A stretch of 62,549 bases of DNA, the filler included, from Rhabdomonas costata (Eukaryota), in the NCBI GenBank assembly GCA_019059605.1. It is 38 parts of 38 records of this genome, joined end to end, with 100 filler letters (N's around TTAATTAATTAA, not from the genome) between each part and the next. Parts side by side here need not be neighbours in the genome. Positions count along the whole stretch, not along the records: positions 51,120 to 52,666 come from JAHMHO010013310.1; positions 52,767 to 54,314 come from JAHMHO010013311.1; positions 54,415 to 55,961 come from JAHMHO010013312.1; positions 56,062 to 57,608 come from JAHMHO010013313.1; positions 57,709 to 59,255 come from JAHMHO010013314.1; positions 59,356 to 60,901 come from JAHMHO010013315.1; positions 61,002 to 62,549 come from JAHMHO010013316.1; 31 more parts are not named here. One strand, written 5' to 3'. Shown here piece after piece: positions 51,020-61,789 of this stretch; positions within the stretch are counted from its first letter, which is position 1; each line of letters begins with the position of its first letter. Position numbers and translations under genes: made by a program. The notes under the pieces are model-generated. The model did no database searches and was not told where the DNA came from. It saw only the letters and a list, made by a program, of their open reading frames with translations.

Positions 51020-51764
51020 NNNNNNNNNNNNNNNNNNNNNNNNNNNNNNNNNNNNNNNNNNNNTTAATTAATTAANNNNNNNNNNNNNNNNNNNNNNNNN
51101 NNNNNNNNNNNNNNNNNNNAATGGAACATTCACTTTTCTTTGCGAGATTTACAAGATCATCCTCTGCCTCACAGAATTCTGTGTGAGGTGGGTGTGTGGT
51201 TCAGCAGCGTTAACAATTCTTTCTCGCTGTAGCATTTAGCACAGAAAACGACGAAGACGAAGACGAAGACGAAGCTAAAGACGACATGGAGATGATGAGA
51301 TGATCAGCAATTCTCGTTTCTTTGACCAGTGCCCTCTCCTGTTTTCTTCTCTCCGCTTCGTCTATTCATGCTTTGACGCAAGATGGGGATGCTAAGCTCC
51401 GCTGAAGGCAGTGCGTTGAGGGGAGTGCACTCTATGACATTCTCGCGGTTACGCGCACACCCTTGGAACCTATTTTCCGTAAAGGAGGCACGGTAACCCT
51501 GGATTTGGTTGTGAAAATAATGCGATGATGGAAGTGTATGCGTCCGCTGCGTCTTATATTAGGGGCAGTTTTTCTTTTCATCATCGCTCTACTTCACGTG
51601 TGCTGTTTTTGTGCTTCCGTCTTTATTCTTCGAAGAACAACTTTCGTAATCCCAATTTTCCCCACTCACTCTTTGGAAGTTCCAAGCAAGCAAGCAAGCA
51701 AACAAGCAAGCAGGAAAGCATGTAGGCACTGTCTTCACTGTCGTCACTGTCTCCTTTCTTGTAG

Positions 51765-52400
51765 AACTGCGCCCAAGTGGAGGGCTGCGTGGCCTTCGTG
51801 GACGTATCGGGGTTCAGCGCGCTGACCCACTCCCTGAGCCGCAACCCAAAGGGGGCGATGCTGGTCTCACAGTACCTCAACGACTACCTCAGCGGTCTCC
51901 TGGCGGTGGTTTCTGCGGCGGATGGCGACGTGGTGTGTGCGTGCGCGGGATCCGCTCTCTCTTTTTTTTTTCAATCATGCAATCATGATGAACTGCTCTT
52001 GCCTCCAATTTTTCAATCGGCTGTAAAATTTTGACGTGGTGTGTCTCTGTTTTTAATACCCACTGACATCTGGGTGCATGTGCTTGTGGTGGTGGCCGTT
52101 GCTCCTGGCTTTATTGTCTTCCATCCCTCTCAAGCTGATGCTTTGGTACTTGCGTCATGAAACCCACACCCACCCACCTCTGCGAACATGATTTCCCTCC
52201 AAAGTCCCTCCTTTAAACAAATCGCAGGTGTGCTTCCTGGGCGACGCCTTCATGGCGCTGTGGAGGCACACCCCTCCGGAGCCCCAGAAGGCCGCCGTGC
52301 TACGGGCCACGCAGTGCTCGCTGGAGCTTCTGCGGCGGTACAACGGGTACCAAGTCCCGGGGACGGCAGTCTCCCTGAATATTCACGTCGGGGTGAGCTA
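51765..52400 (+). CDS. Soluble adenylyl cyclase (ADCY10-like) first catalytic domain, partial; exons 51765-51932, 52228-~52400
   Basis: GCVAFVDVSGFSALT...GAMLVSQYLNDYL...DGDV|VCFLGDAFMALW...RATQCSLEL...LNIHVG. Both metal-binding Asp residues are present. Confidence 0.88.
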
Positions 52401-53030
52401 CGGCTGCTGCCTCGGTTCGGCGCGCCTAAGAAATTCTTCTCTGGCCCCTTGTTGGTCTTGCTTTGCGGTTGGATTGCTATTGCGTCCGATACCCGTGGGC
52501 TGGTCCCGTGTGGTTGTTCCATACCGTTGCTCTGTACGTCGTTATCACCAGTCAATATTGAGTACCACTAATATCTCTATTGGCTGGTGATGAGTGATGA
52601 GGCCGCTTTGAGATGAACTGCGAACGCTACTGTTGGATGTTCGTGAATTTGAAATGCTGATACTGGNNNNNNNNNNNNNNNNNNNNNNNNNNNNNNNNNN
52701 NNNNNNNNNNTTAATTAATTAANNNNNNNNNNNNNNNNNNNNNNNNNNNNNNNNNNNNNNNNNNNNCACTGCTCAAGTACGTTTCTAGGGATTCCTCTTG
52801 TTTTTGTTCCTTGTGTGCTCCGTGCGTACGTTTGGTCTCACGTGTTCCATTTGTTGGGGGATGGGGATGGGTAACTGACAGTCGTTGGGAAATTGCAGCT
52901 TCTTCGGACGGCAGTAATAGCCTGGTTATTCCGGAGTCCTTGGACGTTGTTCTTGCCCTACAACATTACATATACATTTTATACAAGCGATCACTGCCAC
53001 CCCTTCTGGGCCTTGGGTTTGCCTCTTCAG

Positions 53031-53437
53031 CTTGCTTTCCAACGCCATCAAGTTTACCGAGAAGGGCTCCGTGGCCATCCACATCTCCTTTACTCCCTTC
53101 TTTCGAGGATCACAGCGAACTCATTCCTTTCCTGAACCAATCTCCGCCTCACTGTCCCTTTCCACCGAGCCCCCTCTGATGGCAGTGCGGGTGGAGGTCC
53201 GGGACACCGGGATTGGGATGAGCACGGAGCAGCAGGGGCGGCTTTTCCAGGCCTTCGGGCAGGCCACCGCGGAGACCTGGGCACAGTACGGGGGCAGCGG
53301 GCTTGGGCTGGTGATCGCAGCGAAGCTGGTGCAGCTGATGGGTGGGCGGCTTTTCGTGGACCCGGAGGGGACTGCGGTTGGTCGAGGGGCGACGTTTGTA
53401 GTGGAGGTGACGCTGCCCAGATCGGAAATCGCCGCAG
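53031..53437 (+). CDS. Two-component (hybrid-type) histidine kinase, HATPase_c exon
   Basis: N box LLSNAIKFT, G1 DTGIG, F box LFQAFGQ, G2 GGSGLGL, then LVQLMGG and GRGATF. Acceptor ttcag at 53030. Confidence 0.93.
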
Positions 53438-54414
53438 GTCTGGATCCCGTAGCTCCCAAGTTTTCTTCCTGTGGGAATCCTGCTGCGTTGCATGCAAAAG
53501 GGGTCTGTTGTTTCCAAAGCTTTGTTGTGGTTTTTTGTCTGCGGCCATACCCATCGTTTTGTTTCTCTGTTTTTGAAGGTTCGGCACTGGCGTTGCCGCC
53601 AGTGAGCTCCTTCACCACGACGGAAATCCGGGATTACAGTATGCTCAAACTCACTCTAACTTCGCCTACATTACCAATTCCCCTTCCCATCTTATTGCCC
53701 TCACTCACAGCCGTGCCAAGCACCACGGGCTACCTTCATAGATTAGCATCTCCCTTTTCCGTGCAAAATTGCAAAATTGGTCTTCGGGTACGCCCGGAAC
53801 GGAACCTTCAGGATGAATACCCGGCGAGCTGTTCTGCAGCAGCATCTCTCCGATCCGAAACACACACGTCCCAAATGTCACGAGGGAAAGGTGATGCAGG
53901 GTTTGGCTTGTTGTGAACGGGTTGGTCTTGCTCCTCTTTACTCGTCCCCTAACGTTTGCCACTTAGCCCCAAAACGTGAAAGCAGCGGTGCTTCCCTTCG
54001 GCCCGTGGGCTCCCTCGTGGCCACCGCGTCACCCTCTGCCACACCCTCCATCACTGAGACCACCACTTTGGCGGAGAGGGCTGGCGCTGCGCGGATCGGC
54101 CCCCGAGAGGACCACAACCTCCCCGGGCTTGTCCAGCCCTCATTCTGCCTCCCCGGGACCTTGCCTCCACTGCCCCTACAGGTCCCCCAGGCTACCCCAC
54201 TTACAAGCTCTGGCCAGCTTAGTCCTCACTCCGCTGCAGCTCGCCTTGTGGTACTGGGCTCACAGCCCGCACATCCGGTACGGGGCGGCTCCTTTGCCAA
54301 CCCCTTCGATCGAGNNNNNNNNNNNNNNNNNNNNNNNNNNNNNNNNNNNNNNNNNNNNTTAATTAATTAANNNNNNNNNNNNNNNNNNNNNNNNNNNNNN
54401 NNNNNNNNNNNNNN

Positions 54415-55783
54415 TGTGGTGGGTGGTGGCGGTGGTTTTGTCCGTGGTGGCGGAGAGGAGCTCTTGCCGTAGGGCAGCAGCAAGGGTGTCCGTGGGGCAG
54501 GCCTCAAGAGCTTCCTGCACAAGGCTCAGCGCCTGCCGCACGTGTTTTTGTGTGCATGTACAGAGCCCCCCTTTAACCATGCTGGTGTGTGCTCAGCGTG
54601 CAGAAGTGGACGGCGAGGGAAGCTGGCAAAGCGCAGCGTTCGTGAAGCCCGCACGCACTCTTGTGCAGTGGGACCCTCCGACACTTCGTTGGGCACGCTA
54701 ATACAAATGCGCTGTTCAGCTTTCGCTCTTCAACACAAAAGACGGGGAAGGAGGGGGCAAGCGGGATGCTGATCCCAAGACATGAATGTTGGTCCTGCAG
54801 GGGGGTGAATGCGATGGATGGATAAGACGAGACATTCGCGGGAAGCGGGAAAACGGCCAACGAATTCAAACCCACCAGCCCGACCTACCTGCAGAAGTCA
54901 TGCCAGGTACACACTAGGAACACAATGCAATACAGAGCGAGGTGGACCTTCTCGGTCATGCCCTGAATGGCGTACGAGAAGGCCCGCTCGTAGGCTGAGG
55001 GAACGTCCTCCTCCCGCTGCAAGGTGTACATCCACTCGTCGTCCTGAGACCTCGCCTTGAAGTCAACCAACTGGTAGAGCACCAGCCTGCACGCCACAGC
55101 GGAAAGCGGCATCCACTCTCCCACATAACAATTACGATCGATGGCTTGCACTTTCTTGAAAGGTTCTCCGAAGAGAGGGCGAAACTGAAGAAGGCTTGAG
55201 GTCTTTTGGATAACCAATAGGACCCCCGAAACGCCGATCCCCCACCCCGTCTTTTTTGCTGCTCCTTGTTCCACGCAGTGGCGGGTGTCTCGAGAGCACC
55301 CACAACGCATATACACCCTGCCCAAGGCCACTGCCCCTCTCCCGTATGAACGGCACCCACTATTTTTGGTAATTTTGGAGAAAGCTCAGAGCAGCAGTAA
55401 CTGCGAAAAAAAACCTGCGGACCTCAAACAACTGCAATGCCTAAAACCACAATGTCAAGCGCCCATCGGCAATCGGCAACAGCAGGGATGCAGCTTCACG
55501 GCTAAGTTGGCTGTACACCAGGACAAGACGGAAGGAAGAGAGGCAGGTACATATGGCTGGTGTCCACCCGCAGCGCGGTGGCGGAGCGGAAGCTGAATTG
55601 GTACCGGGCCTGCTCGTGGGCCACGGGCTCGACCAGGACGTGCACCCCCAGCCGGGTCTGCAGGTCGGGGTCGGCAAAAGCCGGAAGGTGCTGCATGTGC
55701 TCCCCTACTACCAGGGCGACCGCCAGGCTGTCTGTGACAACCTCACCCACCAAGCAGGGCCCGTGAGAGATCGCCATGTGGAC
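54415..55783 (-). CDS. Degenerate class III nucleotide cyclase-like protein, C-terminal part with EWMY motif; exons 55783-55551, 55086-54948, 54532-54415
   Basis: Phase-consistent splice: VHMAISHGPCLVGEVVTDSLAVALVVGEH...HVLVEP..YQFSFR..SHM|LVLYQL..QDDEWMYTLQ...GMTEK|ALSLVQEALEACPTDTLAAAL. Confidence 0.7.
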
Positions 55784-56466
55784 CTGAGAGGGGTGCCGCG
55801 CAGGAGTACATGGACGGGCATTTCCCTGTCGCACAGAAGCTATTGTTTTGAAGGTGGGGTGCGTTAAACATTTAGCACCTCAACGTTTAGCAGTGCTAAA
55901 CGGAAACGTCGCCCACCCCACCCCATGGGAAGTTCCAACCCATCCAACCGCTCGTGCTAATNNNNNNNNNNNNNNNNNNNNNNNNNNNNNNNNNNNNNNN
56001 NNNNNTTAATTAATTAANNNNNNNNNNNNNNNNNNNNNNNNNNNNNNNNNNNNNNNNNNNNGGTGGGGGGGGGGGGGATGCAGGTCAACAAACGCAATCC
56101 AAGACGCACCCACACAAGCTTCCGCTTGTCTGCGGTTGGTCAGGTGATTGCTCATTTATGTTTCTTTTTTGCGGTTACTCCGCAAGAGAACCGTTCTGAT
56201 TGATGGTGTCATCTCAACACGTGCATGACGTGGTGAAAGAAGTCAGGAAAAGCTTTGCTTTTGTGCGCAGAGAACCGGGCTTCGAGCTTTCATCCCTTAC
56301 CCCTTACCCTGGTTCGTCTCCATTCGGTTTCTTGCATTCCCCTTCTTTGGCGTTTGTTGCCCTTCCTGCATATTTTTTGCCCTCCGATTCTTCTTTTTTG
56401 CTCTTCCTCCTTCTTGGCATTCCTACTCCCCAGCCTGCCCTCCGGATACGTTGTGTGGAGGTGCAA

Positions 56467-57386
56467 ATGAATGGACGCGGGCCCAACCAAGAGGCCCCCT
56501 CCACCAGCCCACGCAGCACCTCGGGGCCCTCTCCAGACTCCCCCGCGGGTACCCCCACCAGGCTGCGCAGGGGCCAGTTCTTCGGGGCTTCGTCCCACCA
56601 CACAATGGTCGCGGTGCACTCCGTGCCCTCCGCAATGGTAGACGCCACGTCCAGCGCTGGGCAGGAGGTCCTTTCCAAGATGGAGCTGCCCCATGCCTTG
56701 CCCTTCTTCCGCACCGTGTCCTTAAAGTGGGTGGCGGTGGCGCTGATGTGCCTGTGCACCATCGCCCCCTCGCTGTCGCTGTGGCTGGCCTCTTGGAGTA
56801 CGGGGCAGCAGGCGCTGTCCACAGTGCAGGACTTGGCGCAGTCCTCGCTGAAGGTGTGCTTTGTAAGACACATCCTGCTGAGATTCCACCTACCATGAGT
56901 TGATGTTGAGTGCCCACCACTCTCCAGGCACAGCTCACAGCAACGCAACCTGGTCCGGAAGGACCGGGGAAAGCACAATGGCTTGCAGGGAAGGAGCAGC
57001 TCTGAGCGGCTCCGCTCCGATCCCCGTCCGTATTATCCCCGTGCCCCTGCGTGACCAGCCCGATCGCGCCTACTGTGACCTTCATATCCACCTTCCGGCT
57101 GTGCCTTCCTTGCGCCTCTCACTCTCATGCGCGCGCAGACCGCTGCCACGCAGATGCAGACCACGCTGGCCGCTAGTGTGAGGACGTACTTGTCCACCGA
57201 GTTCGGCCGCACTGAGACTCTGGCCCTCAGCACGGTGTCTCTGGTGCAGGGTTCCGGGGTGCTTGACCTGTCGTCGGCTCAAGACCGGGCCAGCGTCACC
57301 ACCGTGCAGCCCTTCCAAAGCTCTCTTCTCTACACTCTCCGGGCGAACGCAGGACTGCTAATGCTGACGCTCTCCGTCTCACCAGC
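56467..57386 (+). CDS. Receptor-like membrane protein N-terminus (first TM + extracellular helical/sensor region); exons 56467-56853, 57139-57386
   Basis: Disordered N-tail, then VSLKWVAVALMCLCTIAPSLSLWLASW (TM), followed by GQQALSTVQDLAQSSLK|TAATQMQTTL.... The layout resembles receptor cyclases or sensor kinases. Confidence 0.65.
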
Positions 57387-58166
57387 GTACGTTGCCCGGT
57401 GCACACATTGTACGCAGTTGCCCGCACTCGCACACACAGAGAGAAAGACGCTCGGGTGAAGAAGAATAGGCCAAAAGCCGAAAATGGGGGTAGCCGCAAA
57501 AAAAACAGTCGGCAGCCGAAGGAGCACCACCAAAGAGGCTAAATTTGCTAAATTAACTAAAAACGGTGACGTTAGCATGCCAGCACGCTCGAAATGACAC
57601 CCCAAAACNNNNNNNNNNNNNNNNNNNNNNNNNNNNNNNNNNNNNNNNNNNNTTAATTAATTAANNNNNNNNNNNNNNNNNNNNNNNNNNNNNNNNNNNN
57701 NNNNNNNNTTGTGTTGTTTCGCGAACGCTTTGGTTCACGTTAGTGTTCAACCTGGTTTCTTTGATGTGAACCATCATTGATCGAGTTTCAACTTTGGCTC
57801 AAAGCCACACACACACACACTATTTAACAGGCGACATCGTAGCACATTACCGTCTTCTCTGCACTGGCATACATCATCGTGATGCATCATCTCTTTTCCT
57901 TGCGCTCTAAAACCCTGACAAGTGACTCTGCGCTATTCTCTGATGACACGGTTCCGCGGCCGCAATGTTGGCGGCCACTATTTTATTTGGAAAATCTGGC
58001 TGCACGGCTTGGAGTTTCTTTGTGCCGAAGATGCTCTGGTGGCAGTTTTAGGCGCCTTTTCAAAGAAACTACCTATATATGACGGTGACCAAGATCTCTT
58101 GTGTGCGATGATGCGGCCCTGAACGGCTCACGGGTGTCTTTGGGAACGGGGAGTTTCCTTTGGCAG

Positions 58167-58938
58167 AGCTGCTGGAAGTCCGCCATGGCCCACGTGGGCC
58201 CCGCGTTCGTGATCAGTGTGGCGTATATAGACCCCGGAAACATCGCCACAAACGTCAGTGCGGGCTCTGTCTTCAAGTACCATTTGCTGTGGGTGTGTGG
58301 ATTTGTGTGCGCTCGTGAGCGGCTTTCTCCTCTTTCCCTTCCTCTCTGGTAACGACCACTTGCAAGACTTGCTTTCAACTGCCGTGCCAATGTCAAAAGA
58401 AGCGTGGCTTATGCGTTGCCTTCCATTCACCAGAAAGACATGCACATACCATCATAATATTAGTTGCACAGTAGGTGGGAAAACCATCCTTCGGATCGGT
58501 ACAGGCATGCGCTGCTCGCTTCCGACCCCGAAAGGAAGACGGGGAAGCTGCCTGCGTGTAAAAACGTTCAGGAGCTGATCAAGAACCTTGATCCTGTGAA
58601 CTGTCCCCCAGATTGTCCCCTTTCTCTCTTTTTGCTTTTTGCTTTTTGCTTTGTTTTTTTCATTGCTGCCTTCACCTGTTACGTATTTTAAGTTTCAGGA
58701 ATATCATCGTGTCAGTCTACGGAGCAAGTCCTCTTTTCCAACCCTTTCCACGGCAGGTTATCCTGTGGAGCAACGGGGCCGCCATCTTCCTGCAGTGCCT
58801 CTCCGCCAAGCTGGGGATTGTGACGGGACGTAACCTCCCCGCGATGTGTGCGGAGCACTTCAGCCGTGGGGTCAACGCCACGTTATGGGTCTCGGCCAGC
58901 CTCGCCGCGATGGTTACCGATCTGGCGGAGTTTCTAGG
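58167..58938 (+). CDS. mntH: Nramp-family Mn/Fe transporter of bacterial MntH type, partial; exons 58167-58292, 58757-58938
   Basis: GPAFVISVAYIDPGNIATNVSAGSVFKYHLLW|VILWSNGAAIFLQCLSAKLGIVTGRNLPAMC...TDLAEFLG, with DPGN signature and GT-AG intron. Confidence 0.93.
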
Positions 58939-60257
58939 GTACATATTGGCGCTCGTGGCTGTGGGGGGCTTGCTGCTTTTATATACATGGGTGTTTCTTT
59001 TCTTTTTTAGGTCGAGCGGGGGAAGGTGGTGGGTATGTAGGTGCCTATTTTTGTGATTGGTAGGCATTCTTGGGGCTTGGGCTGGGGTCAGGGGGCACGC
59101 TCTTTGTGTTTATGTTTTCATGACTGCGCGTGCGTCTTAAAGATTCCTTTCAATATGAGAAGCAATTCATTGGTTGAATCTGTATTTGTGTTTCCTGCAC
59201 TCGTTGGTGTCTGCCTTTTTGGTTGCCTTAGCGGGTCAAGTGGAGAACAACCACANNNNNNNNNNNNNNNNNNNNNNNNNNNNNNNNNNNNNNNNNNNNT
59301 TAATTAATTAANNNNNNNNNNNNNNNNNNNNNNNNNNNNNNNNNNNNNNNNNNNNTTGTTGGTATCAGGTCGCCCTCGGCAAGATCCACTTCAGAGCGTT
59401 GTGCATTGGCCTTTGTGTTCACCGCAGGCATAGATGCCATGATTGGTAGCTGCAATCTCTCCCACACTTTTTATTTCCGCTTCCAAAATCTCGTGTGAAT
59501 TTTTGCTTGGGTGTTTGTGTTGGATATTTTTTCGCATTTGGCATCCGTATTATGGTATCTCATTTTGCGATAGTTACGTGGCACCCGTTCAAAGATTTGC
59601 AAATTCAACTCCGAGACTATGCACTCGTCTTGTCCAACAAATCGCTCGGGTGTGATTCAAATCCATTGATCCACTCAGTCTTTACTAAGATTGTAATAAT
59701 GTGGCACCAAGTGGGGTGGAAAGTACGGGTTCAACCCCGACACTCCCAAAATCGCCTCGTACCACAAATGTAGGTGGTGGAATTCGAATACATGGAGCCC
59801 ACTCAGTTTATACTATGATTGTAATGAATATAGTATCTATAATTTCTATCAATCTATAGTATCTATATTTCACCGTCTGGCAGACATTTCGGGCTCAGGA
59901 TGACACCCACGACATCACTTCAGGGTCGACCCGCGCCACTGTCAACCGCACGCGATAAGCGTTTACATTGGGGTAGGGGTTTTGTTTTTGGCTTTGTTTT
60001 AGAAACAAGAGTCGCCAATAGCGGAGCAGCAGAGATAAACAGGAAGACTTGTGAGCTTAAGATCAACACACAGGAGAGAAATGACAACCGAAAGTAGGCA
60101 AGTTTCAGGATACTGCACCATAAATACACAAATGAATTGTGCTGGTTTTAGATGGTTTTAAATCGGCTTCAGATTTCACCCAACATCCCGAGTGTGGGGA
60201 TCATCCACCACGATCTTCCCCGAGATCCGTCCATCAACTTCTTACTTCCTGTGTTTA

Positions 60258-60676
60258 GCTGAAACTCGACCTATCCCCGTGAACCACCACTGTGGTTCAC
60301 GTCCGTGAGCCAATATCTTGGTATCGAAATTCAGTTTGCAACTAATCCCAAGGGAACTTCTACACCCACGCACCACCACCCGCTTCGTCCGCGCCGCGTA
60401 CTGGCTTCCGCACCACATAAACGTTAGCCCTTTTGTGCGGCATTCTCCTGGGAACAGTTTATAGCCTTCGGTGGCAATGAATTACAGATATACTTCCCTG
60501 TAATAAAATCCAGCATTGCTTCCTAAACCCATGCAAACCTTCTATTTGAATTCCAGAGGACACATGCATTTCCTCCTAGCACACTGAATCCATTTTATTA
60601 GAATCCCACGGGTCACGTGCATTGCCTCATAAATGAGCTCCGTTTGTGGTTCACGTGGTGGGGGTCGAGTTTCAGC
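60258..60676. mobile_element. Candidate non-autonomous TIR element (~420 bp)
   Basis: Left GCTGAAACTCGACC-tatccc-CGTGAACCAC (60258-60287); reverse complement of the right end is GCTGAAACTCGACC-cccacca-CGTGAACCAC (60646-60676). No TSD is visible. Confidence 0.6.
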
Positions 60677-61321
60677 CTCGCGCACTACTCTGCTACCAAT
60701 ACTATTTTGGACCTGATCACAACTTACAGGTGGACGAGGTAGAACTAGGCCACCACAGTGCATTGCCTTGCACGTGATTAACATGGGTGCAGCTTGACGG
60801 CGCACAGTTTCACAATTTCTCGGTCTACACGCGTCATCGCTTGTTACGTGCATTAGATCCAGGTTTGGTGAAAAACATCAACACATTGCATAAACACCCA
60901 CNNNNNNNNNNNNNNNNNNNNNNNNNNNNNNNNNNNNNNNNNNNNTTAATTAATTAANNNNNNNNNNNNNNNNNNNNNNNNNNNNNNNNNNNNNNNNNNN
61001 NGTGGTGGGTGTGTTTGGGGGGTTGGGGACGGCGGGGTGACGCCGCTGTGAGACAAATTAAGGACGCCGTCAGTAGATACCTTCAGAAACAAAACCCCCA
61101 GATCTCACATCACAATTTGCTAAAAACCGCATTCCGTATCCGGAGTCATTTGGTGATTGCAAGTCTTGCATCCGAAGGGAAGAAATTTCTGCTAACAATG
61201 CAGAAATCGTTCGATCAAAAAACTGAAGAAAAATAACGCCGAAAATTGAGATAGAACATCGTGCTTGCTCTTCGTGCCGCGTCGACCCAAACACACAAAC
61301 CAAAACAATAAACCAGACAAC

Positions 61322-61789
61322 CATTTTCCAGAAGCAAGAAGGCAATGTCGTAAAAGTCGTTCTCGGCGGCAAGGTGCAGGGAGGTGACCCCGGTGTCCTT
61401 TGTTGCGAGATTCACGTCCGCCTCTGCAAGCGACGCGGACATCCACAAAAGCTCCAAAAGCCGGTAAACGACCCCTCACAGTCGACCAGTCTCGTTCTTA
61501 GAGCTTTTCTGACCAGAGCTTTTCTGACCAGCATGACCAGCAGGGCGCCACCAGTACGAATGATGCCAAGAATCAGGAATTTATCATGCCCCACAGCCTG
61601 GGTATTGGATTACTCATATGCCGAAATGAACTCCGTCACCAAGCAGAAGAGAGGGGCATGGTGGAGGTGGCGATGCGGCGCACGCACTGCTTTGCACTAG
61701 CAGAGTGGTTGCTTTCAGGTGACCATTCCCGACGGCAGCAAGCAACGGGCTGGCTCCAGTGCCCAGCCGGACTAGGTTCGGATCGGCAC
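61322..61789 (-). CDS. Ankyrin-repeat protein, partial; exons 61789-61688, 61423-61322
   Basis: GADPNLVRLGTGASPLLAAVGNGHLKATTLLVQS|KADVNLATKDTGVTSLHLAAENDFYDIAFLLLENG. Two 102-nt exons, each one ankyrin repeat, both phase 1. Confidence 0.92.

Noticed and set aside
51765..58938. Apparent signalling cluster (cyclase, histidine kinase, pseudo-cyclase, receptor, MntH)
   Set aside because: Each gene is on a separate contig joined artificially, so adjacency carries no information.
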